Positions 8,807 through 21,673 of a stretch of DNA of 64,000 nt are shown here, one piece after another (position 1 is the first letter of the stretch; each line of letters starts with the position of its first letter). Origin of the DNA: Candidatus Babeliales bacterium (GTDB lineage Bacteria; Babelota; Babeliae; Babelales; JANWKD01); NCBI GenBank assembly GCA_963722075.1, contig CAVRJM010000001.1, forward strand, positions 800,001 through 864,000, read 5' to 3'. Both the position numbers and the translations under genes were made by a program. The notes beneath the pieces were generated by a model. It ran no database searches. It had not been told where the DNA came from and saw only the letters and a list, made by a program, of their open reading frames with translations.

Positions 8807-10510
8807 ATGACATTCAGAAATCTTTCTTTAGCACCTAATATTGCTAAAGCCTTGGAAACCTTAGGTTTTGAAAAACCCACAGAAATTCAAAGCAAAGCCA
8901 TTCCTTTATTATTAACCGGTAAAAAGGTTGATTTTCATGGTCAGGCTCAAACAGGCACCGGTAAAACCTTAGCCTTTGGTATTCCTTTAATACAAACTAT
9001 TGATGAAACTAATAAAACAACCCAAGCGTTGATTGTGGCGCCTACCCGTGAACTTGTAGTACAGATTTGCCAAAGCCTAAAGAGCGTTGCCCAATTTACT
9101 TCTATTTCTATAGAAGCTATTTATGGTGGCGTTTCTATGGACGAACAAATTAGAAACCTTAGAAAAGGTGTTCATATTGTAGTTGGTACACCAGGTCGCC
9201 TTAATGATCATTTACGCCGTAAAACCTTAAATTTGAGCGGATTAAAAACGCTTGTGCTTGATGAAGCAGATATTATGCTTGATATGGGCTTTAAAGAAGA
9301 AGTGGATGAAATTTTAAAATTCGCTTCTAACGATCGCCAAATCTGGCTTTTCTCTGCAACGGTAAAAGCTGGTATTCATGATATTATGCACCAGCATATG
9401 AAGAATCCCATTTCAGTACGCGTAAGCCAACAAAATGTAGGAACATCAAATACTAAACAATTTTTCGCGGTAGTTCCTATGAAAGACCGCGTTGCTGGTT
9501 TAAGTAGATTTATTGACAGCGTACCAGAATTCTATGGTTTTATTTTCTGCCAAACAAAACTTTTAACGGCAGAAGTTGCTGAACATTTAATGCGACGCGG
9601 CTATAAAGCTAATGCATTGCATGGTGATATGAGCCAAGTACAGCGAAATCGCGTTATTAAGCGCTTCAAGCAAAAAGAGTTTACCATTTTAGTAGCAACT
9701 GACGTGGCAGCGCGTGGTATTGACGTTGCCGATTTAACCCACGTTATCAACTATTCATTACCTGATGATCAAGAAAGCTATGTACACCGTATTGGTAGAA
9801 CAGGCAGAGCAGGTAAGGAAGGGGTGGCAATTACTTTTGTAAACCAAAGTGAAGTGCGTCACGTTGCATCATTACAACGTAAATTTAAAGTTACCATTAA
9901 CCCGCTTGAAGTACCTACTGCTGAAACTATTGCGCACGTACGAATTACCCAAGCATCAGATTTTTTAAAGACAGCAATTAACCCTGAGCATAAATCTTCT
10001 TATTACGCACAGCTTATTGATCTGGTACAGAAGTACTCACATCATGAACTGGCCAACGCTATAACTTCTTTTTTAGATGAGAAGTTCCTCAAATACTTAC
10101 ATAATGATAATGAGATTGCTTTTAGCTCTGCTGCACAGGCTTTACAACGAAATAATAATAATTCCGATGTACAGGAAATTTATTTAAATGTAGGAACTGA
10201 TGATGGCCTTGAGAAACAAGATATTATTGCCTTCTTAACCAAGCAAGGTGGTATTCAAGAGAATCAATGTGAAAAAATCAAGGTTATTAAAAGACGTACC
10301 TTTATTGTGGTACCCGCTGAAATGGTCTATTCAATCAAATCTGCTTTAAATGGCCAATCATTGGGTGGAAGAAAAGTGCGCGTTGATATCGCTCATGATG
10401 ATTCATTTAATGGTGGTTCAAAAAAACGTGATTCATTTAGCAGAGGCAGACGCGATAGAAGATCTCGTGGTGGAAGATCCACACATAAAAAAGAATATTC
10501 ATACGCATAA
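8807..10510 (+). CDS. deaD: DEAD-box RNA helicase (DeaD/CsdA type, DbpA RNA-binding domain)
   Basis: AQTGTGKT, PTREL, TPGR, DEAD, SAT, ARGID, HRIGRTGRAG; Arg/Gly-rich tail. Confidence 0.95.
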   Translation: MTFRNLSLAPNIAKALETLGFEKPTEIQSKAIPLLLTGKKVDFHGQAQTGTGKTLAFGIPLIQTIDETNKTTQALIVAPTRELVVQICQSLKSVAQFTSISIEAIYGGVSMDEQIRNLRKGVHIVVGTPGRLNDHLRRKTLNLSGLKTLVLDEADIMLDMGFKEEVDEILKFASNDRQIWLFSATVKAGIHDIMHQHMKNPISVRVSQQNVGTSNTKQFFAVVPMKDRVAGLSRFIDSVPEFYGFIFCQTKLLTAEVAEHLMRRGYKANALHGDMSQVQRNRVIKRFKQKEFTILVATDVAARGIDVADLTHVINYSLPDDQESYVHRIGRTGRAGKEGVAITFVNQSEVRHVASLQRKFKVTINPLEVPTAETIAHVRITQASDFLKTAINPEHKSSYYAQLIDLVQKYSHHELANAITSFLDEKFLKYLHNDNEIAFSSAAQALQRNNNNSDVQEIYLNVGTDDGLEKQDIIAFLTKQGGIQENQCEKIKVIKRRTFIVVPAEMVYSIKSALNGQSLGGRKVRVDIAHDDSFNGGSKKRDSFSRGRRDRRSRGGRSTHKKEYSYA

Positions 10511-10539
10511 TTTGGTTACAATCTAAATGGGAGGATGAT

Positions 10540-11091
10540 ATGAGAAAGTTATCTTTATTATTATTGATGGGAATCTTTGCCAGTAATGTTACTGCGATGC
10601 AAACTCATCGGAATAAATCATGGGTACATTCCATACTGTCCTTGCCTATTTTTTATCCTGCTGCTTTTTCATTAGCAGGCATTGGGTACTGTTTATATAA
10701 GCCGGAAAGCGTTAAAGCGAGTTGGCATTATATAAAGGAAATTCCTTTTCCTATTACATGTGCTTTATTAACAGCTACAAGCTGCTTATTAATTGATCGA
10801 TTACTCCATAAAAAAAATTATGAAGTAGATATAAAAAGAATTAATGCTGAGTTTCAAAATCATAAAGATAAAAGAAAAATTGTCAGCAGACGAACAGAAG
10901 TAATTATTACTGAATTCGCAAATCAACTGGCACGCATGGAATCGCGGTTAAATAGACTTGATAAAACGGTGAGCGAACTTGACCAACTAAATAATCTCTA
11001 TAAAGATACTGCAAAAGCACACCCAGGACTCTTTGAAAACAATATGCAGCCAGGCTGGCAAGAAGCATTACAGACAATCACTCAAAATTAG
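10540..11091 (+). CDS. Secreted/membrane hypothetical protein (signal + MQ, two hydrophobic segments, coiled coil)
   Basis: MRKLSLLLLMGIFASNVTA-MQ; GGAGG RBS. Confidence 0.7.
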   Translation: MRKLSLLLLMGIFASNVTAMQTHRNKSWVHSILSLPIFYPAAFSLAGIGYCLYKPESVKASWHYIKEIPFPITCALLTATSCLLIDRLLHKKNYEVDIKRINAEFQNHKDKRKIVSRRTEVIITEFANQLARMESRLNRLDKTVSELDQLNNLYKDTAKAHPGLFENNMQPGWQEALQTITQN

Positions 11092-11115
11092 TAATAAGAT
11101 ATTTGATTCACTAAA

Positions 11116-11196
11116 CTGGATCACCACGTCGCTTCGCTCCTCGTGACGACGTGTGTCGAGAAAAAGCTGTCGTTGCGAGCTTGCGAAGCAATCCAG
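11116..11196. repeat. Pair of CGTC-type REP hairpins between convergent genes
   Basis: ctggatcaccacgtcgcttcgctcctcgtgacgacg (11116-11151) and gtcgttgcgagcttgcgaagcaatccag (11169-11196). Confidence 0.9.
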
Positions 11197-11254
11197 TAAT
11201 TAAAATATACTTACAAATATTATAGCCACTCACAATAACGATGGTAGTCACATA

Positions 11255-12520
11255 TCATACCTTTACCACCAATAATGAATCCCAATTAGTAGTATAAGCG
11301 CGCGAACGGTACACCCCTTCTTTTGTACCACGTTCATAACAACCTTGCGATGCGGGGCGCACCATATGATTGCCCCACGTACTATTTAATTCATCCATTA
11401 CCTGCATCACCCGAGAAAATCGTTTATTCTTTTCATTATCAGCAAACAAATCTTGTTGTACCTCAGCGGTGTCAATTAAACCTGAGAGTATCACTCCTGC
11501 CCGTTTATAATTATAGCCCTGCACATAGATCGCTTTTAAAAGTTGATCCATATAGTGCAATAATAAGGGTGTAGAATCAGTTGCGTAGGGAAGCTTTATT
11601 TCTCGATAAGGAGCGTAATACGTTTGCTCATCAAAGCGACCAGTAGCAATAAAAATAGTTACATAATAAGCACATGATTGCTGTTCACGTAATTTTTGTG
11701 CTGCACGCCCTACAAAAAGCGCTAACAATTGCTGCAGCAATTGTTTACTAGTCACGGGCGTTTTAAAGCTTCTGGTGCAGGCTATTGATTGTTTAGGTGG
11801 CGCATATTCTTGTAAATCAATACAAGGAATACCGCGCAATTCCCATACCGTTTTCAAAAATAAGGTATTATTTATTAATGATTTAATACGTTTATCATCA
11901 GCACGCGTAAGATCCAACGCTGTTTTAAAAGCGTATCGTTCTAAAGTACGCGCATAGCGATATCCAATCCCCCACACATCGTTAATGGGAACTTTAAGCA
12001 AGTCATCTGGATTAGCTAATTGTGTACTATCAAAAATGCCATTGTACTGTTGGTTTTTTTTTGCTTGTTTATTAGCGAGCTTAGCACGCGTTTTAGTAGT
12101 AGCAATACCAATTGAAACGGGAATGCCTACCCATTGGTAAATACGTTCTTTCAACATAACGGCAACTTCGTATGCGTTGGCACACACATCAAATTCTATA
12201 AATGCTTCATCAATGGAATAGATCTCAGTACTATATCCCAACCCTTTTATGACACTCATAATGCGATCAGAAATATCAGCATATAAGGTAAAATTAGCAG
12301 AGCAAGCAACACCATTTACTCGTTTAATGAGCGGTTCATACTGAAAATAGGGTGCTCCCATAGGAATACCAACTGCTTTTGCTTCTTGAGAACGCGCTAC
12401 TACACAGCCATCGTTATTTGAAAGCACCACAACCGGGCGCTTTTTGAGCACGGGATTAAAAAGCCGCTCGCACGATACATAAAAATTATTACAGTCAACA
12501 AGCGCAATCAGTTTATTCAT
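11255..12520 (-). CDS. umuC: Y-family DNA polymerase V subunit UmuC
   Basis: ALVDCNNFYVSCE, VVLSNNDGCVVARS, YSIDEAF, VWGIG, SRAYTTNW. Confidence 0.95.
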   Translation of the reverse strand: MNKLIALVDCNNFYVSCERLFNPVLKKRPVVVLSNNDGCVVARSQEAKAVGIPMGAPYFQYEPLIKRVNGVACSANFTLYADISDRIMSVIKGLGYSTEIYSIDEAFIEFDVCANAYEVAVMLKERIYQWVGIPVSIGIATTKTRAKLANKQAKKNQQYNGIFDSTQLANPDDLLKVPINDVWGIGYRYARTLERYAFKTALDLTRADDKRIKSLINNTLFLKTVWELRGIPCIDLQEYAPPKQSIACTRSFKTPVTSKQLLQQLLALFVGRAAQKLREQQSCAYYVTIFIATGRFDEQTYYAPYREIKLPYATDSTPLLLHYMDQLLKAIYVQGYNYKRAGVILSGLIDTAEVQQDLFADNEKNKRFSRVMQVMDELNSTWGNHMVRPASQGCYERGTKEGVYRSRAYTTNWDSLLVVKV

Positions 12521-12522
12521 AG

Positions 12523-13062
12523 TTAATTTAATAAGCATCCTTCACTAGGATTTTTATCATAATAAATTGCTTTTTCTGTACTCACCTTTTGCAACTCGTT
12601 CACTTGTTCCACCTTGTTCCTCACCATGGTTAATAAACCCAAACAATATATATGGTTAACCCAATTTTCTTCGGCCATTTTTTTAGCAGAAATATAACCG
12701 GCAAATTCATCACCAATGGTACACATTTTTTTCATAAATGCTTCAATATTATATACGCCTATTTTGCCCTCAGTATTAGGGGTTATTTGTATCCACGGAT
12801 ATTCTTTTTTGCCAGTAGAAATGCTAAGTACTGTTTCAAACTCTATTATTTGCCGATTAACAAATTTTTTTTCTTCTTCATTTAGTTGAGATGACTCAAC
12901 TATCTTTTTATTATTATCAATCACATCAGAAACAATTTGATCTATTTGCGGTACTAATTTCTCTATAAATGGATTAGAGGAAGTTATTCGTTTTTCTTCT
13001 TGCTGCATAGCAACACATGAAATATGAATACATATAAGTGCTATATAAATACGTAGCTTCAT
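12523..13062 (-). CDS. Secreted protein (signal + MQ) ending in CaaX-like CLLN; paralog of 13094-13534
   Basis: MKLRIYIALICIHISCVA-MQQEE...SEGCLLN*. Confidence 0.75.
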   Translation of the reverse strand: MKLRIYIALICIHISCVAMQQEEKRITSSNPFIEKLVPQIDQIVSDVIDNNKKIVESSQLNEEEKKFVNRQIIEFETVLSISTGKKEYPWIQITPNTEGKIGVYNIEAFMKKMCTIGDEFAGYISAKKMAEENWVNHIYCLGLLTMVRNKVEQVNELQKVSTEKAIYYDKNPSEGCLLN

Positions 13063-13093
13063 CGGGGTCTATTCCTTTTTCTAACCGTTAAAA

Positions 13094-13534
13094 TTACTCT
13101 TCTGACGCTAATTCATCAATTCTCTTTTTTAAGTCAACTAATACATCCATTGCTTCTTTGTGCTTCTTTAAGTAGCACCTATCAATAGTCCCACATTTTA
13201 CAAAAAAAACTAGCTTCGCTTCTATCTCAGTTGCCAGCTTCACAATAGTATCAATATCGTATATTCCAGCATTTCCACGGTTTGATAGCTCATCACCATT
13301 AAGCTTATGTTTTTTGCCCGTCGACCGGTTTAATACAAATTTGAATTGAGCTGCTTTCCAGTTGAAAAAATCTTTTTCCTCTTTAAATAAATTAGGTAAC
13401 TTAGCGATCAATGCAGTGTTACTCGCCATTTTTTGTATAATATCATCTATCGAATGTTCTTTCTTGGCAGTCATCCCCATGCTTTCTACCCCTATTGCAA
13501 CTACCAAAAATAACAACACTCTATAGAATCTCAT
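13094..13534 (-). CDS. Secreted protein (signal + MG); paralog of 12523-13062
   Basis: Shared EEK-F-N...F-VL-STGKK...G-G-Y-I pattern. Confidence 0.7.
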   Translation of the reverse strand: MRFYRVLLFLVVAIGVESMGMTAKKEHSIDDIIQKMASNTALIAKLPNLFKEEKDFFNWKAAQFKFVLNRSTGKKHKLNGDELSNRGNAGIYDIDTIVKLATEIEAKLVFFVKCGTIDRCYLKKHKEAMDVLVDLKKRIDELASEE

Positions 13535-13554
13535 GCATTACCCTTTTAAAAATA

Positions 13555-14007
13555 TTAAATCACTTTATGAATAACATAAGAAACTACGCCCCAAATTTCA
13601 ATATCCATATCAGGAGTTACTAATAGTGGCTTATATTTTGTATTTGCAGGCACTAAATAAAGACAATCGCCTTGCTGCTCGATACGTTTAACCGTAAATT
13701 CCCCTTGTATTTGCACCACCACTACAGATCCATTAACCACCGGTAATGCTCGATCTACAATTAACATATCGCCTGATTGTATACCAGCTTCTACCATAGA
13801 ATTGCCTTCTACTCGTACAAAAAAAGTAGCTGCAGGATGCTGTATCAAATAGGTATTAAGATCGAGCTTTTGCTCTACGTAATCATCTGCCGGCGAAGGA
13901 AAGCCAGCGGCAATATAGGTTGATAATAAAGGAATAGGAATTTTTATTGACCGATCATCAACATAATATATTTCTACGTTATTTATTTTTTTTATTTTCT
14001 GTTCCAT
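13555..14007 (-). CDS. umuD: DNA polymerase V subunit UmuD (S24 peptidase)
   Basis: AAGFPSPADDY cleavage site, VEGNSM, GEFTVKR. Confidence 0.95.
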   Translation of the reverse strand: MEQKIKKINNVEIYYVDDRSIKIPIPLLSTYIAAGFPSPADDYVEQKLDLNTYLIQHPAATFFVRVEGNSMVEAGIQSGDMLIVDRALPVVNGSVVVVQIQGEFTVKRIEQQGDCLYLVPANTKYKPLLVTPDMDIEIWGVVSYVIHKVI

Positions 14008-14104
14008 ATGAAATATAATAACAAATATTCACATCTCATCAATCTTTAATAAATTGCTTTTACTTACTTGTTTATTAGTATAATTTTTACCAAAGGAGAA
14101 TCTT

Positions 14105-14521
14105 ATGAATAGAATGAAAAAAATTTCTTTATTATTTCCAATCTTATGCAGTTTAAACTATGCTACTGCAATGGAAAAAAGCAAAAGAGAAAAACAGCAA
14201 TCAATACAATTGGATCAATCATGGAAAGGCCAGCAAGAGGCAGTAGTAAAATGTATGACTCAATCTGAAATTCGTAAACAAACTTACAAATTTTATGAGC
14301 ATGGAATATTAAAAGCAACTTTTAATGCCCAAAAAAAGTATGTAATAATTTATCCTACTGGCCAAAAAACAAAGAATAGTGATGAAAAAGAAAAATTAAA
14401 GATAAAATATAAATTCTTTCTCCAAATTATTACTGATATGGCATTAAGCAATGATGATAAAAAATGCCTTGAGGATCTTACTCAACTAAATGAAAAACGC
14501 CATTCTTGTTTAGTAAGTTGA
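14105..14521 (+). CDS. Secreted CaaX-family protein (W-x-G family) ending in CLVS
   Basis: MKKISLLFPILCSLNYATA-MEKS...QSWKGQQE...TFNAQ...KRHSCLVS*. Confidence 0.8.
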   Translation: MNRMKKISLLFPILCSLNYATAMEKSKREKQQSIQLDQSWKGQQEAVVKCMTQSEIRKQTYKFYEHGILKATFNAQKKYVIIYPTGQKTKNSDEKEKLKIKYKFFLQIITDMALSNDDKKCLEDLTQLNEKRHSCLVS

Positions 14522-14596
14522 ATTTAATTAAACCCTGTTATTCAACTTGAAATCTTCGAATGCAAAAAAAGTCTTGCTTAATTTATGTAAGTTTAC

Positions 14597-14839
14597 AAAA
14601 GCCGTCGTTGCGAGTTTACGAAGCAATCCAGGCTCAGTTATAAGTTTTTCGTTATACATAAATTTATTAATGTTCACAACCCAATTCCAATACAGATTTA
14701 TATAAATCTGATAAAATCATTAACTTTCTTATTCATCTATTGTTGAGCGATAAAACTTGTAACTGTTGTTTCTATAACCGTATATAATTTCATTTATTTT
14801 AACCTGGATTGCTTCGGCAAGCTCGCAACGACGGCTTTT
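14597..14839. repeat. Inverted REP pair about 170 bp apart (REPIN/MITE-like)
   Basis: aaaagccgtcgttgcgag...gaagcaatccagg at 14597-14632 and its near reverse complement at 14803-14839, with an AT-rich spacer. Confidence 0.85.
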
Positions 14840-14893
14840 TTAATGCATAATTTTTTAGGCTTTGAATATTAATTCATCGCGCTTTATAAAAAT

Positions 14894-17335
<2,442 letters not shown>

Positions 17336-17357
17336 AAAATTTTCACTAAAAATGTTA

Positions 17358-18314
17358 TTATTTTGCTTCGTGATTATAATATAATTTGTGTCCACCTTGA
17401 GCACAGCATGGTGCCAATGCGTATCGATTATTAGCTAATTCTTTAAAGCGCGGCAACAGACCTTGTACATATGTATAAAAACTGCCCATCGACATTCCTT
17501 CTGCCTCACGTTCTGCTTCTAATTCAATCCTACTTATCAAACAAAGACCCGAAGAATGTCGTTCAATGCTGCAGATTGCATTGGTAGTCTCATGAAGCAT
17601 CTGCACTGCTTTTTTATTTTTGGCTAGAATAGCAATTTCCATAGTATTGAAAGTAGAATCAGCAGGAATATTAGGGCAACATGCTCTATCACGCTGGATC
17701 CCTACTTTATAGCATTCCATCAATACAAACATTAGCTCAGTTGCCCCACTTGGCTTAGTGATTTGAGCAAGAATATGCAATAACGTTTCCCCTTTATTGC
17801 CTTGTTTATTTACGTCACTGATAAAGCCATGTTCAATAACATATTTTAATTTATGAAAATTACGTAAAGCGCATTTATTATTTTCACGAACGGTTTTTTG
17901 TATCGTTTGTATTCGTTCTCGATTAGAATCATTTTCCAGTTTATTGTGCTCAATATCTTCTAGTAAACCTTGGTCATGCTCATTTATAGCTGATTGCCGC
18001 GCGAAGATATGGGTGAGCGTATCTTTATCAGCATAGCAGTTACTTACCACTTCTTGTGCAACTGCTAAAGGAAGTTCGCTTAGAAAAGTAACTGGAATTC
18101 TATCTTCAAGTAACCAAAAACGTATGGTACCTACATTACCCGGCAGTCCTATTGTGCCATTTTCTATTGCAGCGCGAAGCGCTTTTAATTTGGCCTGCTC
18201 AGAAACTTCATGCATACCATATTCATCTACGGTATATTTTGCAGTAAAATCTGATTCCATAGTATAGAGAATACTGCTACTAAGAAATAAGATGCATAAT
18301 GAAAACAAATACAT
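17358..18314 (-). CDS. Secreted protein (signal + ME) with ankyrin-like repeat
   Basis: MYLFSLCILFLSSSILYT-MESDF; DVNKQGNKGETLLHILA. Confidence 0.7.
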   Translation of the reverse strand: MYLFSLCILFLSSSILYTMESDFTAKYTVDEYGMHEVSEQAKLKALRAAIENGTIGLPGNVGTIRFWLLEDRIPVTFLSELPLAVAQEVVSNCYADKDTLTHIFARQSAINEHDQGLLEDIEHNKLENDSNRERIQTIQKTVRENNKCALRNFHKLKYVIEHGFISDVNKQGNKGETLLHILAQITKPSGATELMFVLMECYKVGIQRDRACCPNIPADSTFNTMEIAILAKNKKAVQMLHETTNAICSIERHSSGLCLISRIELEAEREAEGMSMGSFYTYVQGLLPRFKELANNRYALAPCCAQGGHKLYYNHEAK

Positions 18315-18329
18315 AGTAACCCTTTTTAA

Positions 18330-19352
18330 TTAAATAATACCCACTAATTCTACCCAATTATGAATATCTTCGCTAATTCCATATTGAATGTCAGTAAGCA
18401 ATGTAAATAGCTTCTGAGTAAAAGGACCGGTCTGATTATTATTTACCGTGTACGTAGTGCCTTTATATCGTAAACTTCCTACTGGTGTTATAACCGCAGC
18501 CGTACCTGAGCCAAATATCTCAGTAACTGAGCCATTTTTAATACCCTCAACAACTTCATGAATAGTTATTCGCCGTTCTTGGCAGGCAATGCCATTGGCT
18601 TTACACAATTCAAGAACAGATAAGCGGGTAATACCGGGCAAAATTGAATCGGTTAATGAAGGAGTCACCACCACACCATCTATTACAAAGAAAATATTCA
18701 TGGCCCCGACTTCTTCAATATAGTTTCTCTCAATAGGATCGAGCCATAATACTTGCGCACAGCCAACAGCTTGCGCTTCTTTTTGTGCCCGCATACTAGC
18801 AGCATAATTACCACCAGCTTTTGCTTGCCCAACGCCACCTGCTGAAGCACGTGTATAATGTTCGCTCACTAAAATAGAAACCGGATTAAATCCTTGCTCA
18901 TATAACGCACCAACGGGCGATAGAATAATAAAAAATATAAAATCGGTAGAAGGCTTTAGATTAAGTGTTTTTTGAGTAGCAATCATCGTTGGTCGAATAT
19001 ACAGCGAAGTTCCCCTCTCAGTAGGCACCCATTGCTTATCCAGTTCAACAAGCTTTTTAAGCCATGAAAGAACTTCCTCAACATCAATTTCAGGCATACA
19101 CATAATACGCGCAGAATTATTCATACGTGTTAAGTTGTTACGCGGCCTAAATAGCACTATTCGATCATTAGTAGCAGCAAATGCTTTCATACCTTCAAAG
19201 ATTTCTTGCCCGTAATGCAAGCTTGCAACGGCAGGATCCAATTGAAAAGATTGATAAGGTTGAATACGCTTATTATACCACCCTTGCTCAGTATTCCATT
19301 CCATAACAAACATGTGATCAGTAAATTGCGATCCAAATGGTTTATTTTTCAT
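18330..19352 (-). CDS. ilvE: Branched-chain amino acid aminotransferase
   Basis: LHYGQEIFEGMKA, YIRP, KAGGNY, EVGAMNIF, ILPGITR, GTAAVI. Confidence 0.95.
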   Translation of the reverse strand: MKNKPFGSQFTDHMFVMEWNTEQGWYNKRIQPYQSFQLDPAVASLHYGQEIFEGMKAFAATNDRIVLFRPRNNLTRMNNSARIMCMPEIDVEEVLSWLKKLVELDKQWVPTERGTSLYIRPTMIATQKTLNLKPSTDFIFFIILSPVGALYEQGFNPVSILVSEHYTRASAGGVGQAKAGGNYAASMRAQKEAQAVGCAQVLWLDPIERNYIEEVGAMNIFFVIDGVVVTPSLTDSILPGITRLSVLELCKANGIACQERRITIHEVVEGIKNGSVTEIFGSGTAAVITPVGSLRYKGTTYTVNNNQTGPFTQKLFTLLTDIQYGISEDIHNWVELVGII

Positions 19353-19764
19353 GATAATTGCCCTTTATATTCCTTAGTTTGCACATACATTTGCCAATCA
19401 TACATACAATATTTTTACGAGTCGGAATACTTAAAACAGTAAAAACAGCTTGGTTAAAAATATTAGAAAAAATAAAAATGCCCATAAAAATGCGGCGAAT
19501 ATATAAAGGCCAATGAGCACGGCGTGCACTGCTGGTCATAAAAAACCCAAAGCCACCAATTATGATAAAAACCCCAATTACTATCTTAAGAAGATCCATC
19601 GTATATAGACCGAGTTCATATTCTATTTCACAAAGATCTTGCTCAATGCCCGCTTTTAATAATAAAGGGACAACGAGGCTGGCAATAATTAATAAGAGAC
19701 CTACCATTATCTGATTATTTTTTTTCATATAAATCCTTTGTAATTTATAATGAAGATTGCTCAT
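19342..19764 (-). CDS. Small membrane protein
   Basis: Three hydrophobic segments; start uncertain. Confidence 0.5.
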   Translation of the reverse strand: MSNLHYKLQRIYMKKNNQIMVGLLLIIASLVVPLLLKAGIEQDLCEIEYELGLYTMDLLKIVIGVFIIIGGFGFFMTSSARRAHWPLYIRRIFMGIFIFSNIFNQAVFTVLSIPTRKNIVCMIGKCMCKLRNIKGNYHEK

Positions 19765-20085
19765 TATTGAACAACCTTCATTATAACTTGTTGTTTACGC
19801 TTTATTAACCATTTTGCCAATAAAAGCAACCCGTTGCAGATAACGATCAACCTGTGCAATTGCTGGCAATTGTCCAACTGCGTTAAATGAATTAAAAATA
19901 ACGATAATAAAAAGAGGTAAAATAATAATAAGAATAAAAAAGATTAGCAGTAGAAGAAAGAAGAATGAGTTATAAGGTTAAAATTCTAATTAATAGTAAT
20001 AATAGCACAAAAAATGACTTTTTGTCAAAAAAAGCAAATTGCAGAACACTGGCCTAATCTTGATAGGTATAAGGCTTGATCTGGG

Positions 20086-20313
20086 CTATATACATTCAAA
20101 AGTTTTATCGTCAGCCTCAGACGCCCATTCACTTAATGTTTGATTTAATGCTTGCATATAAGCTTTATCAAAATTTTTAGTTTTCTTTATAACAATGTTA
20201 TTGTTATCCAGTATTTGAAAAGCAATCGAATCACCTGACTTTAGATCTAAAAAATCACGTATTTCTTTAGGTATGGTCGCTTGAAATTTTGTACTTAATT
20301 TTGAAAATTTCAT
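20086..20313 (-). CDS. AbrB/MazE-type antitoxin-like DNA-binding protein
   Basis: SKLSTKFQATIPKEIRDFLDLKSGDSIAF; acidic EWASEADD tail. Confidence 0.85.
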   Translation of the reverse strand: MKFSKLSTKFQATIPKEIRDFLDLKSGDSIAFQILDNNNIVIKKTKNFDKAYMQALNQTLSEWASEADDKTFECI

Positions 20314-20601
20314 ATGTTTTACCTTCTATATTAGATAGTATTTAAGTTTATTATATTAAAAGTAATAGCAATAATACAGGTATTACTATCCATCAAACGC
20401 CTACTAGGCTCTTTATTGTAGCTATTTTATTAAAAAAACTTTTGTAGCAATCCACTTTCATAATTTCTTACAAAAAGCATTTATATATGCTATTTTTTTA
20501 TGGGATTTATTAACATCTAGAAATAGCACAATATATAAAAAATAATCAAACTATTGCTATGCTAGAAGAAAAACTACGTAATAAAGAAAATAAAAAATCT
20601 C

Positions 20602-21423
20602 ATGATGCAACCAATAAGTAATAAATCGTCTTTCATTTATTTATTAGCAACCTGTGTATCAATTCTGCCCACGCTCTTTTCAATGGATAATATAAAACGA
20701 AAGCCTCGTTCTATATCAATGAGTGGATCAGTACTAGATCTTTTTGGCGCACTAGAAATAGATGATAGCCATGAATGTATAACTAAGATGCAAAGAACTA
20801 TACAACCGGATACTGACTTAAATTACCAATCTTCGCAAGGAACTCCCTTAGAGCGAGCTATTGATCTAGAAAAAATTGAAGCAGTTGATTTTCTAATAAG
20901 TAAGGGTAGTAACGCAAACCTTAAAAGCAATTGGTTTAAAGAAACACCACTTCATCGTGCGGCGCGAGCAGGAAATGTTGCGATTATTCAAAAACTTCTT
21001 TGCAAAGTAACAGATCTACAACCCCTTAATAGCGTAGATCAAACACCCCTTCATTTGGCCGTTATATGCTGCCATATAGATGCAGCACGTGAATTTATAA
21101 ATCAAGGGTTGAATGTAAATGCTACTACGAAAAACCTTATGACCCCATTGCATTATGCGTGCATGTTTTCACAAAAACATGCTGAAAGGCACCGGCTCAT
21201 TAATCTATTATTACAAAAGGGAGCATCACTAACTAGTCGTGAAGCACATTATTTTACCCCCTTTGATTTAGCAATCAATGCCGAAAATGTAGAAACAGTA
21301 ACATTTCTTCTGACTAAAATAACCGATCAATCCGTTTTAACAGATTCTTTAAAAATAGCTCAGCAAAAAGGCAACCAAGCCATAATACGCTTATTGCAAG
21401 AAGCTCTCAATAATAAATATTAA
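20602..21423 (+). CDS. Secreted ankyrin-repeat protein (signal + MD)
   Basis: TPLERA, TPLHRAA, TPLHLAV, TPLHYAC, TPFDLA repeats. Confidence 0.9.
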   Translation: MMQPISNKSSFIYLLATCVSILPTLFSMDNIKRKPRSISMSGSVLDLFGALEIDDSHECITKMQRTIQPDTDLNYQSSQGTPLERAIDLEKIEAVDFLISKGSNANLKSNWFKETPLHRAARAGNVAIIQKLLCKVTDLQPLNSVDQTPLHLAVICCHIDAAREFINQGLNVNATTKNLMTPLHYACMFSQKHAERHRLINLLLQKGASLTSREAHYFTPFDLAINAENVETVTFLLTKITDQSVLTDSLKIAQQKGNQAIIRLLQEALNNKY

Positions 21424-21673
21424 TTTTTGCGTTTTAATAATGGGTAAAACATTGTTTTAGAATAAAGCTTATACAGATATATTTTATTATATATATACTT
21501 TAATACCATCTTCATAATAAGCCCTCCTCTACTGTAATGTTTTCATTTCTTTAATTTAATAAAATTATAATTAAAAAATCTATGGCCTGTTCATTATTTC
21601 AAAGTGCTTAACTGTATACTTTTTTTACCAGTTCATGTTATCCCTAAATAATAATGGTTAAAAAGGAGAAAAA

